Below are positions 51,556-64,000 of a DNA stretch of 64,000 nucleotides, piece after piece (position 1 is the stretch's first letter; each line of letters begins with the position of its first letter). The stretch lies in contig NC_043006.1 in assembly GCF_006345805.1 (NCBI RefSeq), positions 105,028,001 through 105,092,000 on the forward strand, read 5' to 3'. The translations under genes and the position numbers were made by a program. The notes beneath the pieces were generated by a model. That model ran no database searches and was not told where the DNA came from. It saw only the letters and a list, made by a program, of their open reading frames with translations. This stretch comes from Octopus sinensis (Eukaryota).

Positions 51556-51859
51556 TTTATAATAATATAAATGAGAAAATTAAAATATTATCCTTTTACA
51601 AAATAAAAGCGATCAACTACGAACAGCAAATACGTTATCAAAAGTCTAAAACATTCTAAATCCGAAACTAAACTGGAAATATTCAACACCATTGCTAAAG
51701 AGAAACAACTTCCTCGTTATGCATTAACCCAGAACGCGTGTGTTTGAAAAGTTGAACATCGAAAGAGCATACGCATAAATTACGCACAAGAGTTAATCCA
51801 AACATGAAAACACAAAGAGAAAACACAACAACGTGGAACAAAGACGTGGAAAAAGTATA

Positions 51860-52260
51860 GTGTTATGGAACTAAAGGAAAGAATTAAGGAGAATTTAACG
51901 TTTCGAGCGAAGCTCTTCGTCAGAAACATAGAAAAAGGAAAGGTCCAAGGAAGCGAAGACGGCGAAAGAAAATCACCAACGATACACTGGCGGTCACATA
52001 TTGCAATGACCGGAAGGGAATGGGTGAAGAAAAAGTTCTTTCAAAGACAGGAGGGTGCAAAAGAAGGAGGTATGTGTGTGTTTAATGATAGCACATGTGT
52101 CTGTGTGTGGTTTTTGCTGTTTATCTGTGTGTGTTTAGGCTTAGTATCGTTTAAGGTGATAGGAAGAATTTATAGTTATTTTGGTACGAGTGAATCCTGT
52201 TGTGTCTACCTACACATGTGCGTAGGAGAATGGTCAGTGGAAGGTACTGGTATTTTGAAG
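51860..52260 (-). mobile_element. Penelope-like element 3' end (endonuclease C-terminal remnant plus LTR)
   Basis: DHSPTHM-like motif upstream of a hammerhead, the layout known for Penelope 3' ends. Confidence 0.5.
51893..51927 (-). ncRNA. Minimal type I hammerhead motif
   Basis: GUUU-CUGACGA-a-GAGC(uuc)GCUC-GAAA-CG-UU-AAAU; stem III is the palindrome ACGU. Confidence 0.65.
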
Positions 52261-53490
52261 TATGTGTGTATGTATATGTAGTGTGTGTGCGTTTGTGTGC
52301 TTTGTTTGCAGTGGGTATGTATGTGTGTGTTCGTGTGTGCATGTGTGTATGCATACGGGTTGTGTGTGTGGGGAGTAACTGTACTTTACTTTATGTATGT
52401 GTGCGTGTGTGCTTGTATGTGCGTATGTGTGTACATGTATGTATATTTATGTGCGTGTATGTATGAGTGTGTACTGTGTGTGTGTATGGGAGGTATGTGT
52501 GGGTTCCTTTCGCGTGTGCGTGTGTGTGTATGTGTGAACATGTGTATATACACGTGTGTGCGTATGAACGTATGTGCGTGTGTACATGTGTGAGTATGTG
52601 AGTGTGTATTTTGTGTGTGTGCATGTGCATGTGTGTGTGAATGAGGGGTTGTGTAGGGGGTACAGGTGCGTTTTTTGCGCGTATATGCATGTGCGTGTGT
52701 GTGTGTGTGTATGTGTATGTGCGTGTAGTGTGTGCGTGTGTATGTGTGTGCGTGTGTGCGTATACGAGTGTATATACATGTATGCGCGGGATCGTGATTG
52801 TTAGGTTTGTGTACATTCGTGTGCGTATGTGCGTGCGTATATGTGCGCATGTGTGTGCGTGTGTGTGTATGTGTATGTATGTGTATGCGTATGTGTATGT
52901 GTGTGTGAGTGTATCGATATATTGTGTGTGTATGTATATGTAGGTGTGTATGTGAATTTGTGTATGCGTGTGTGCGTGGGTTGTGTGTGGGGTTTTTGTG
53001 TGGGTTTTGCGTTGGCGTATATGTGCGTACCAGTGTGTGTGTGCGTGTGCTTACGTGCGTGTATGTATGTGTGAGTTTGTGCCCATGTGTGTATAATTGT
53101 GTACGTGTCTGTATATGTATTGTGCGTGTTGAGGGTATATATGCGAACCTGTGCTAGTGTGTGTGCATGTACGTGTGTATATTTGTGTGTGCGTGTATTA
53201 TGTGCGTATGCATGTGCCTGTGTATATGTGCGTATGTGTGTATGTGCGTGCGTGTGTATATGTGTGTGTGAACGTGGAGATGTGTGTCGGGTTATGTGTG
53301 CATTTTGTTGCGTGTATGCGCGTGTGTTTGAGTATGTGTGTGTATGTGGTTGTGTGTACGTTTATGTGTGTGTGTGTTTAAAGGTGTGTGTGTCTGTGTG
53401 CGCGTGGGGTTGTGTGGGATGGGTATCTGTGCAGCACTCACACATACACACATGCATACACACACACGCACGCACACACACACACACACA
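52255..53490. repeat. ~1.2-kb cryptic (TG)-rich simple sequence
   Basis: Direct reading. Confidence 0.9.
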
Positions 53491-53685
53491 CTTATATATA
53501 CAGGTGTGTTGTCTAGTAGTTATGATGTTGAACTTACGATCGTAGCGTCGTGGTTCCGGTTCCCAGAGCCGACGTGCACCGTTCTGGAGCAATACACATA
53601 ATTTCACTTTTCCCAGTCCATTCACTTATGAATAGGTAACCCTATGACGGAATGGCCAGAGTCTGGTCGACACATACATACATAC

Positions 53686-53977
53686 ATGATGATGGCTGCC
53701 CCCTCGTTATCGAGTATGGCCATTGCACGAAGCTTAACTGTTACTGGTGCTGTGATCGAATGTGACTTTTTAGCCCAGCTAAAGATCTGCAATGTCTTGT
53801 ACAAAATTGGCAACTAAAACCTTTACTGGTAATAGCCGGTTGTAGTTGTAACTGGGCTTCATGTACCTTTGCATGTCGTTTAAGTCCTCCTGCCGAATTA
53901 CACTCTCTTCCATATGCCCGACAGATATGATTAGTATGGTGTGTTACACCACCACCAGTGGCTAGATTGTCACTCAT
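53686..53977 (-). mobile_element. RTE-like LINE 3' end, same family as 17575-18308
   Basis: High identity to those copies; HICRAYGRECNSAGGLKRH..CQFCTRHCRSLAGLKSH open here. Confidence 0.7.
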
Positions 53978-54535
53978 ACATACATACACACATAAATACA
54001 TACATACATACATACATATACATACACATATATACAAAGTTTACTTTTCCATTATAGGTTTGATCTGAAGCCCAACTGCGCACTACATCAAGTCATTTGG
54101 AGGATCGTGGAGAATCGTGGAGAAATCTACGCTACATATAAATGGACCGAAGAGGTGCATGTTAGCACAACAAAGCTTTTACAAAGCTTTTACTTTTGAC
54201 AATCTTTTTCTAAAAAAGTGAAACCGGTCAAGTGAATAAACATCTTTTAAAACTGCATTTTCCAACCTTCTTTCATATATATAGCTGTTTCTAAATTTAA
54301 CCTTAAAAAGTATTTTTAATATGCTGGCCACTGATGAAATTTTTCGAAGATTTTATTCTATATTAGATGTTAATTTAATAGTGTTCACTTCCGGAGTCTC
54401 TCACTGTGAGAATTTTCAGTCCGATCACACGTATCTCGAGGTGTGCTATAGAATTTCTATTTTGGATATATTTGGGGTACTCATGACATTGTGTCTACTT
54501 CTTACATGGGTGCAAGTAAGTATCTCATTTATTTC

Positions 54536-54596
54536 TTACCGCTGATAACGAGAAAATTTTTCATGAATTAACTCAGAAATCGGACCAATTCGGTAA
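54536..54596 (+). ncRNA. Degenerate type I hammerhead motif
   Basis: Stem I UUACCG/CGGUAA; core CUGAUAA (G8 lost); cGAG/CUCa; GAAA; near-palindromic stem III; AUU triplet. Confidence 0.5.
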
Positions 54597-54739
54597 TAAC
54601 GCAATTTTTAAGAAATTTCTGTCGACTTGCTTCGAGACTCGTGCTTATAGTGATGAATTATATGTAGTTATTGACGATTTAAGTCTATTTTCAGCATATT
54701 TGGCATTGGAATTTTTTCCTTTTGCCCTTATTTATAAGT

Positions 54740-54781
<42 letters not shown>

Positions 54782-54786
<5 letters not shown>

Positions 54787-54840
54787 AAACTTGTATATAT
54801 ATATATATCCAAACTTGTATATATATATATATCCAAACTT
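54782..54840. repeat. atccaaactt(gtatatatatatat) unit x3
   Basis: Direct reading. Confidence 0.9.
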
Positions 54841-55098
54841 CCTCATTCTACATCGAGAGAAAAACGGGATGGACGCTTTGATTTTGTTCTGGTGCCTCGC
54901 TCTGTCGTACGCAACAATGAGGATTTGCATTCCCAACGTAAAACTTATAAGGTAATACATGTCCTTGAAGTAGTAATTGCACGAGGCTGAAGAAGGCTAT
55001 AGACACAAATTTACATCAATTATGCATTGTTATAAACCGTCTAATAAAGGCCCGAAACATATGTACTGCTAAATCCTTTGCATCATGTTTTTATTTTG

Positions 55099-55146
<48 letters not shown>

Positions 55147-55529
55147 TATGGAATTAATATAGATATAAAATCATAATAAAATGATACATCTTTTAATGGG
55201 TTAATAATGAAATAAGCATATAAACCTAGATACGAATATCGAGGTAAACAAATATAGAGTTTTAAAGGCTACTTTAATTGCTGTACTCATTCTGAAAGAC
55301 ATACAAAATATGTAGAGTTCCGTTAGAAAACTAACAAAAAGCATTTTTGAAGATTTTCATGACAACCTTTACAATTCAACTTTTCTTAATTTCCGTTTAG
55401 AGTTTATCAATTTCCTATTATTTAAAAAAAAACTTATATTTTATAAAACAACCAGATCACTGTAAGTGTAAATTTATTTCTGATATATATGTGTGTGTGC
55501 GTGTGTGTGTGCATAGATGTATATATATA

Positions 55530-55634
<105 letters not shown>

Positions 55635-58619
55635 TATGTATATGTATATGAGTATATATATATGTATGTATAAATGTATACGGTGTGTGGTGTGTGTGTT
55701 TTGATGTTGTTGAAATTCTATTGTATTGCCAAGAAATCTTGAAATAAGACTGAATGATGAAACACATACAACGACAAAAGACAGCCAGGGAGAGACAGAG
55801 AGGGACAAAGACATTTGCCTTCATGGACAACGAGTTTCATACATTCAAAGGAGAGCTGGGACCTTAGACCATGGTAAAACGGAGTAATAAACCATATATA
55901 CTGACATGCAGCATTGCATTCATATTATTTTTAGCTAGTGCGAACATTCGATTGCATTGCAATGTATGTGCACATGAGCATATATTTGTGTGTGTGTGTT
56001 TGTGTTTGTACAATAATATGATTGCACTTCCTAGGCATATAACTTCCGAAGAGATTCTGCTGTATATAGTTTAGTCTTTAACGACATGAACTGTTCATTC
56101 CGCTAAGTACAAGCCACATAATTCATTTTAGGAAGAATTACATGAATAAATTTATAAACGTAAAGTTATGGGGTTATGCATCGAAATATAATTACTTTCT
56201 TTAATATATCTCTAGTTATAGGTGCTGTGTTAAATAATAAATATTACCTCTTTAGCACGCCAGAAGAGAAATATCGTTTATCATTAAAAATCCATCCTTT
56301 CCTTATTAAAATCTATTTTGTAGAAATTAGACCCACCCTATTTAAATGATAACTTTGATGAATACTAATCACTCAATGTTTAGAATCTCATTCGAATCTC
56401 TTTTGAAGTTTCCGGAGGTGCTTCTTTAGCTCAACGACATTTGATGCCTTGAAATAGAATAGCACCGTACCATATAAAATAGAAAAGATCAGATTTTCGT
56501 TTTGTCTATCATATTCTATGTCCATAAAAAACTGTAAGTTTTATTGAAACCCAAGGCGATTACACATTATTGTGTGTAGAAGCCGCCAGAGAAGATAAAA
56601 ATCCACCGACGTGGAGCTTTGTTAAAAGCATTTATAATGTACCGGGTTCAAATAGCACACGACAGTTAAAGAGTTTCAGATATGTGAAAGTGTTGTCATT
56701 TTTTACCACTTTTAATCAGAACAAAAAGTTCAACATATGATGGTTTTCAAACTCCGAGATTGGATGGGGGAAGGGGATGAAGATATCTTGAAACTAGGGA
56801 CCTGGCTCGAATGCTCCAACAGAATGGATACTGCGCCGCATGGTAGTCTTAGATCGAGTCTTCCACCCAATTAGGCCATGGTTGGATCTGAACTCAGAAC
56901 GCAAGGCACCGGAACAAACATCTCGAAACGTCCAGTCCGACATAATTACATTTCCACCAAATCACTGCTCTAGATTGCTGAGGTTTTTATCGACAGTGTA
57001 AAGATGGAAACCAAAATTGCCCTCAGTTGGATTTGAACTGAAAGCGTAAAAAGTTAGAACAAATGCCTCGTGGCCTTTTTCCAACTTTCCCACGACTCAC
57101 TGTCATTGATATTGATTAGGTGTAAGGAGTCTATTGATATGTTAAAGAGAAGCTAAGAGGACCTAAGATTGTGAAAAAGGATGTTAAGGAAATGCTTGAA
57201 TTTCTTGAAATAGGGCGAAAGGCAACAATCAGTGGGACATAAGTCGGTCGACATATCTAGAGAATAGTGCGCCGGAGCAGCTTCAAGCAGGGAACAGTTT
57301 GTAACTTGTTTGTGGAGGGTCATTAGTGGAAGTGCATTAGTTTTGAGGATGTGCTTGGTACCTACTGACGATAACAGCTATTTTCTTGGCGGGGGGTGTT
57401 GTGTTGGATGGACATTGTCTCTAGTAAATGTCTCACAGGAGGTTTCTTTCCTGTTCGGAAAGACCTGCACAACAAGCCATTAACGATTCTGCTAGTTTGG
57501 CGTTTTTCGTAGATTTACCAATAACTGCATGACATGTCCAATGAATCTGAAACCAATTTATTGAGAGTTGATTCAACCGCATGAGTCTACTCTCTTACTG
57601 CATACTTGAGGATGTAAGTTACTTCCTATAGAGACGAAGATGGATATGCTTATCTTCTCTACTTTTGTCTTTTTTATATTAGATTTTGAATAATATTTTT
57701 CCTCTTCTAGCTCTATACATGAAGGGTGCCTTGTAGCCACATTAATATTATCTTCCAAAATATCTCACTTTTTTCTGGTGTTGTTTTCAGTTTGATATGA
57801 CAGACCACTTTAAATGCTCTGATTCCATTTTGGTGCCTTTGTTTCATAAGTGGTTCCAGTTACAATAAATTCAATCTAGAAGGAAGTATCTTATTATTTC
57901 CGGCTCGTGTACTCGAGTATTTAAAAATCTCAAGTTGTGTGGTAACTCACTAAACGTCACTGAGTTTTGGATTGTATTAGCTTGGTTTTGACAACTGACA
58001 CTTCTCACTAGAAATGGCTTCTTCTTCATACGTCAGCAAATAACTTTCTTTTCATACTCTCAACTTAAAACATCGAAGCTTAACTGCAGTAGCATGTAAG
58101 ACATTTGTGCTGATATAACATATTCAAGAACGAAGGTTTTTCAGAAGAGGAGAATTACCAAACACTATGGAGATTATTAAGTCATCTACTACAATTAATG
58201 GAATTTTGCCAGCAGTTAAAGCATGAATTTAGAACGATGATATATTTTATTAGTATGGTGAAGTCATCTAAGAAGTCAAAGTGCTTCATCAAACATTTTG
58301 GATACGACAACCACAGTCGAATAACAATATTTATTTTACAAAAGTAATAATTTCGTGGTTCTAGCATCATCTATAGTGTAGAGTTCTAGTTATGTTTCAG
58401 TAGCATCGATTTTAAACTGGCCATCGATAAAGTCCCACAGGATTGCAATGCCTACTCAAGGGACAATACAGAACTTGCGGTTTCCATATATAACAAAATA
58501 ATCATTTATAATATAATTTATGTATGGAAAGTGCCAAGCTACAAGACTAACACCTACACTCAAAACAGCCTACAAATGTATTTACGCAACTACACACAGC
58601 TATATATATATACATGTAG

Positions 58620-58655
<36 letters not shown>

Positions 58656-58789
58656 ATACATATGTGTATGCATGTGTGTGTGTATTTGTACATTATGTTT
58701 ACACAAGCATACATGTGATCATGCATATATATATATATATATATATATGGTGGAAGTTGGCTCGTATCTACTTCTTCATTCATTTCATT

Positions 58790-60800
58790 CTGAGAAACAT
58801 TTTACGTTTGGCCTCTCTATTGCTGATGACGTCTCATATGGGTCCCAAGGCCTGAGTAGGACCTGCAAGTAGGTGTGAACAGCGACAACCAGTCGGTCTT
58901 TCAGCAACAGCATCACCCGCTCGATATTGCGACCTACAATGCCGGATGAATCAACTGGGCGATCCACATACTGTGAAACATTTTCGGGGCTTGCAATGCA
59001 GATATTTTCCTTGCTCCAGCCCACGTTACAGCACCTATTTTGGCATACGGACCTCATTTAAACCGACGAGATGTCCAAGCAATCTAACCTGCTTTCGTTG
59101 CTGCTTTGATGTCTGTTGGCGACCAGAGTCTTGATTCACGCCTTTCAATGGTATTACTGATCTTAGAAGGTCTGTAATGGATCTCATAGTTAAATTTATT
59201 AAATCGTGATAGTGTGCTACCAAGGTCGACAAATGTATCTACGACTTTTGATTTGTAGTGTTCTAGTAACTTGAAATGCCATTTTTAAATGCTTTCAGTG
59301 ATGTCGGCGGCCGTATTGGAAGTGTATTATCGTGAAACAATAACACTTAATTTGATATTAGGCCTCTACACTTGGTGAGGGATTTTGCCTCACAAAAATA
59401 TCACTTTTTCAGTAGAAAATTGAGTCCTCGACTTCTTTCCCGCCAGCGAGTCCAGGTGTTTTTACTCCATTCTCTGCCTTTTGGATTCTAGCTCAAAGAG
59501 ATGGATCCAAGTCTCCTTTCTTACGAGTGTGCTTCGCATTCATCATTGCAGCGGTCGAATAAGCGTTCACAGATCCCCACACCATTGCGCTTGTGCCTTT
59601 TGGTAATCCATCTTTCATAGACTTTACTGAAGCGAAGCTTGTCGTAGATGATTTCGTGTGAAGAACCATGACTACTTGGCAGACAACATACGGCGTAGGA
59701 GTGGCTGTGTGGTAAGTAGCTTGCTTACCAACCACATGGTTCCGGATTCAGTCCCACTGCGTGGCACCTTGGGCAAGTGTCTTCTACTATAGCCTTGGGC
59801 CGACCAAAGCCTTGTGAGTGGATTTGGTAGACGGAAACTGAAAGAAGCCGGTCGTATATATGTATATATATATGTATGTATATGTGTTTGTGTGTCTGTG
59901 TTTGTCCCACCAACATCGCTTGACAACCGATGCTGGTGTGTTTACATCCCCGTTACATAGCGGTTCGGCAAAAGAGTCCGATAGAATAAGTACTAGGCTT
60001 ACAAAGAATAAGTCCTGGGGTCGATTTGCTCGACTAAAAGGTGCAATATCGGTAAGGTTCACACCGATGTTCCCTCATATGCAAAAGCAGTCATCTGCAA
60101 TTGTCACCATGATATCGTAGCTAAACAGTACACTTTTCCACCTGCGGAATGGATATTTCTTGTGATAAAACTAAAAATAGTTACAGTGATATAATATGAA
60201 AGAATACTGGAACTATATTCACGTCAAAACATTACATGATGGACCAAACATAATGATATGCGACTGGACAGAAACTGTGCAGAATAGTGGAAATAAGTTT
60301 CCCAGTTGATGCTTCACACTGGCTTTCTATAGAAAGCCACGCGGTCCAAAGGGGAAATTATGAGCATCGATGGAAATCAATTGGTTAGCCTGCTTCTGCA
60401 TAAAAACTTCATAGAGTATTGATATCAAGGAAATTGACGGTTTCACGTATGCTCTACAGACGCGGAAGTATCGTCAACCGGGCCACCTTCTCAAGATACG
60501 CACAGAGTAACGAAACTCTGTTAATACGCACTAATGCAGTATCTGAGCATTGCTGACGAGTGCAGTCATGTTCAGTGCCTACAATCACGTATAGGATAGG
60601 GCCCTCAAAGAGCTGAATCCACCGTGAAGATTGTGCCGATCCCAGATGAAAAGAGGGTATGGTGAACGAAGCACTTTTGTCTTTGGCTAATCCCACATCA
60701 ACTTTAGAAGTTATACTTGAAAGGGGAATCGAGTATGGAGAGGCAATTGCTGAATGTTGAAAATTGGGTAAGAGTGACAAGCATAGTCTAAATGAAGGGA
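58790..60800 (-). mobile_element. RTE-like LINE, decayed and internally deleted, interrupted by a SINE
   Basis: Endonuclease echoes (HHTLFSSG) at 60.6 kb; VVDTFV.LGSTLSR and RLLGHLVGLNEVRMPK at 59.0-59.3 kb. Confidence 0.6.
59692..60040 (+). mobile_element. SINE family A inserted in the RTE
   Basis: Match to the other copies. Confidence 0.92.
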
Positions 60801-60988
60801 CCTGATCTGAACTAAATAACTTAAATCTTCTAACACACCTGCAATTTTCGCCTCTAATGGCACAGAAATCCTTTGCTCAAGTTGAAGTTATTGCTACTAA
60901 TTTTGTATTAAACTAATTTGAATCACCTCTAAGGTATTTCGTTATGGAACCATAATATATTACAAAGTATATTAAACGCAGTATATAA

Positions 60989-61159
60989 GGCGTAGGAGTG
61001 GCTGTGTGGTAAGTAGCTTGCTAACCAACCACATGGTTCCGGGTTCAGTCTCACTGCGTGGCATCTTGGGCAAGTGTCTTCTACTATAGCCTCGGGCCGA
61101 CCAATGTCTTGTGAGTGGATTTGGTAGACGGAAACTGAAAGAAGCCTGTCGTATATATG

Positions 61160-61196
<37 letters not shown>

Positions 61197-61416
61197 TTGT
61201 GTGTCTGTGTTTGTTCCCCTAGCATTGCTTGACAACCGATGTTGGTGTGTTTACGTCCCCGTCACTTAGCGGTTCGGCAAAAGAGACCGATAGAATAAGT
61301 ACTGGGCTTACAAAAGAATAAATCCCGGGGTCGAGTTGTTTGACTAAAGGCGGTGCTCCAGCATGGCCGTAGTCAAATGACTGAAACAAGTAAAGGAGTA
61401 AAGGAGTAAGGAGTAA
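60989..61416 (+). mobile_element. SINE family A, full length with (ggagtaa) tail
   Basis: Match to the other copies. Confidence 0.93.
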
Positions 61417-61739
61417 ACGTTTTTATAAGTCAACACTGCGTTCTAGTGTGCTAGCAGTACTATTGCGTCACTTGTTAAAGTTATCTCAATGGATTTTCTA
61501 TAGAAATTTTAACCAGCGTTGGTTTTGTTATGACCTTTCATATCCGAGACACGCCTAATGTAAACAATAATGAAATCCAAGATAGAAACGATAATGGGAA
61601 TATTGGGTCCATTTGACCCAGTTTAGTAATTAGTGACACATATTTTCTCTGGTAGACCAAGTGTTAAACACATTCCTGGAAGCTGGTACGTAGATACTAA
61701 TGACTTGTAGAGACAGAATATTTCCTTGCGTTATGTTTA

Positions 61740-61835
61740 ATAACCAAATGCTTAGCGTTATTTCGTTCGACTTTACTTTCTGACTTCAAATTCTGTGGAG
61801 GTCGACTTTGCCTTTCACATTTCAGGGTCAATAAA
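61740..61835 (+). mobile_element. SINE family B fragment
   Basis: aaatgcttagcgttatttcg..gaggtcgactttgcctttc. Confidence 0.7.
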
Positions 61836-61956
61836 ATGATATTTCAAGAGTTTTTGTTCTTTCACCTGCACCCATCCAACCCACTAATCCTCTTGCCTAA
61901 CTAACCACTAAATATGGCGGTGTAACATTATGCAACATACCAATTTTACATATTAA

Positions 61957-64000
61957 CCTTCTGTCTACGAATGGGTCCGATGGACCCATTTCAGTTTTTT
62001 CAGTTGCTTTTTCCTACTGTTTATATTATTTGATTCTGTTGATTTCTTGTGACTCTTATTTTTTCTTGACTCTCTTTTATTTGTCAAATGAGAAACTTTC
62101 CGTATGTTTATAAAAGCTAGGAAATTTCACTTTATACATTAATTACCATAAGGGTCCATTCTACCCTCGAAATAAATTCAGACAATACTGGTGTCATTCT
62201 AAGCAGAATAAAAGCAGTAGCAAATATCATTTTCTTTGATATTTATCAGATATAAAATAGATAAAATTGTATTCAATTTATTTGCTGAACTTTAGATAAA
62301 ATAGAAAAAATTATGAAAATATTCCTGTAAATTTGTGTGGTATTGCATCAACTTCTAGGTTAGAGGATGATGCAATATTTCTATTTGAAGAGGCAATTCT
62401 TACAATATATTTCATCATACAAAAAGTATAAATATGTGAGAGAACAATATCTGCTTCTAGTCTGCCATCAAGTTTCATATAGTTCAGTTGTGCTTTCTCA
62501 TATGTCTGGATGTGAATAGTTGAGTGAAGACCAAACATCGAAAAGGTTTTTGGAATTAGATGAAGAATGGGAAGAACGTACTAGTGGTTCCTTTTATTGC
62601 TCTGAAGATGATGGTGAAAGTGATTGCGTGCTGGACATTTTAGTTTCTGTGTCATCAGATGATAAAGATACTCAAAAACAATTATCTGCAAGCCATCCAA
62701 TTATGAACGAGCAATATATTTCTAGAGACAGACAAGATGTTTGGCATTCTAATCCTCTTACTCAAGCAGCAGCAAGAACTTCATCTTGCAATATTGTACG
62801 CCAGGAATGTGGACCATCCCATTCTGCTACAAAGTCTTGTCATAGCATTGAAGCATGCTTTACTATCTTTATGCGCCAGAATCTTCTTGAAGTAATTCGC
62901 AAATGGACAAATCTTGAAGGGCAGGTTGTTTAGGAAATTGATCACTCTGAACTAAAGAAATTTATTGGACTGATTATTCTTATAGGTGTTTATAAATCTA
63001 AACATGAAAATGTTACACAGTTATGGAGTAAAGAAGATGGCCGCCCAATGTTCAATAAAACTGTGATCCGGGGAAGATTTCAACAGATTTTACAAGTATT
63101 GCGTTTTGATGATGCTAGTGCAAGAAGAAAAAAGAGAAATGAGGATAATTGGAGTCGATAAGAGGAGTATTTGAAATGTGGAATCAGAATTTGCAATAAG
63201 GATACGTTCCAAGGTTATGCATGACAGATGATGAACAGTTAGTTTCATTCAGAGGGCGCTGCCCATTCCGGGTGTATATTCCTTCAAAATCAGAGAAATA
63301 TGGAATTAAGATTTGGGCAATATGCGACAGTAAAACATCTTATGCCTGGAAAATGCAAATCTACACTGGAAAAGACCTAGTAAAGGGAGAGAGAGACAAA
63401 TCAAGGTTTAAGAGTTGTCGAAAACCCTAGTAAAGGATCATGAAAATACTGATCGAAATATAACTTGTGATAGTTTTTTTTTAGAAATCTAGGATTGACT
63501 CGAAAGCTGTTTTAGCAAGAAAGCTACTTTAGTTGGAACAATAAAAAATAACAGAGTTGAACGTCCAAGTGCTTTCACAAATGGAAAAGAAAGAGAAATC
63601 AACAGAACAGTATTTGGATTTCTAAAGTATTCTATGCTCCTATCTTATTGTACCAAGAAAAATTATGTTGTCACACTTATGAGTACAATGCACTCTCAGT
63701 CTTCAATTGCTTCAAAACGTTCTGAAAAGAGCCTTGAAGTTATTACATGTTACAACAAAACAAAAGTAGGAGTAAATACCCTAGATAAGATGGCAAGGAC
63801 ATACACTTGCAAAAGAATGACTCGAAGATGGCCTATGGTTATATTCTACAACATGATTGATATAAGTGCAGTGAATGCTTTCATTGTTGCAAAACAACTT
63901 CATTTGCAAAGTTTCAAGGATAAAAGAAGACGGTGCCTAATTCACTTTGGAAAGGAACTTTCAGGAGTCGATGCTAAACAAGAACATGACAAACAGTCTT
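61957..64000 (+). mobile_element. piggyBac transposon (PGBD4-like transposase pseudogene), continues past the window end
   Basis: TTAA at 61953-61956 then cctt.. terminus; acidic N-terminus; DEQLVSFRGRCPFRVYIPSK.EKYGIKIWAICDSKTSY; YNKTK.GV; RRWPMVIFYNMID; stops and frameshifts. Confidence 0.92.

Noticed and set aside
54329-54360. CTGATGA followed by a possible hairpin
   Set aside because: No GAAA or cleavage-site arm, so not called a hammerhead
57100-58200. Coding-like skewed sequence on the minus strand
   Set aside because: No motif I can assign; left unannotated
61509-61667. Possible small piggyBac MITE between two TTAA sites with a gggtcc..gaccc motif
   Set aside because: Terminal repeats match too poorly to support a call

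Overview
AT-rich, microsatellite-dense eukaryotic DNA. The SINE families and repeat content point to an octopus or other coleoid cephalopod (inference, not a database result). I recognise no host protein-coding exon; most ORFs in the track are microsatellite read-throughs. Transposon content is decayed: three mariner (DD34D) copies and one maT (DD37D) copy, a split hAT, a piggyBac running off the right end, CR1, RTE, L1/Tx1-like and HERO-like LINE fragments, a Gypsy LTR-PBS-gag fragment, and many tRNA-derived SINEs. A GC-rich orphan rDNA piece (3' part of 28S plus 3' spacer, minus strand, about 23.8-25.3 kb) looks pseudogenised. The main signal not shown by the ORF track is a set of nine type I hammerhead-ribozyme motifs from several unrelated repeat families (750, 1040, 3980, 5026-5087, both arms of a palindrome at 7857-8180, 37511, 51893, 54536), plus a degenerate one at 40217. 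They lie in Penelope-LTR-like or retrozyme-like repeats, mostly next to (AT)n tracts and often folded into inverted repeats. Ribozyme calls come from manual base-pairing only and need computational and biochemical confirmation.
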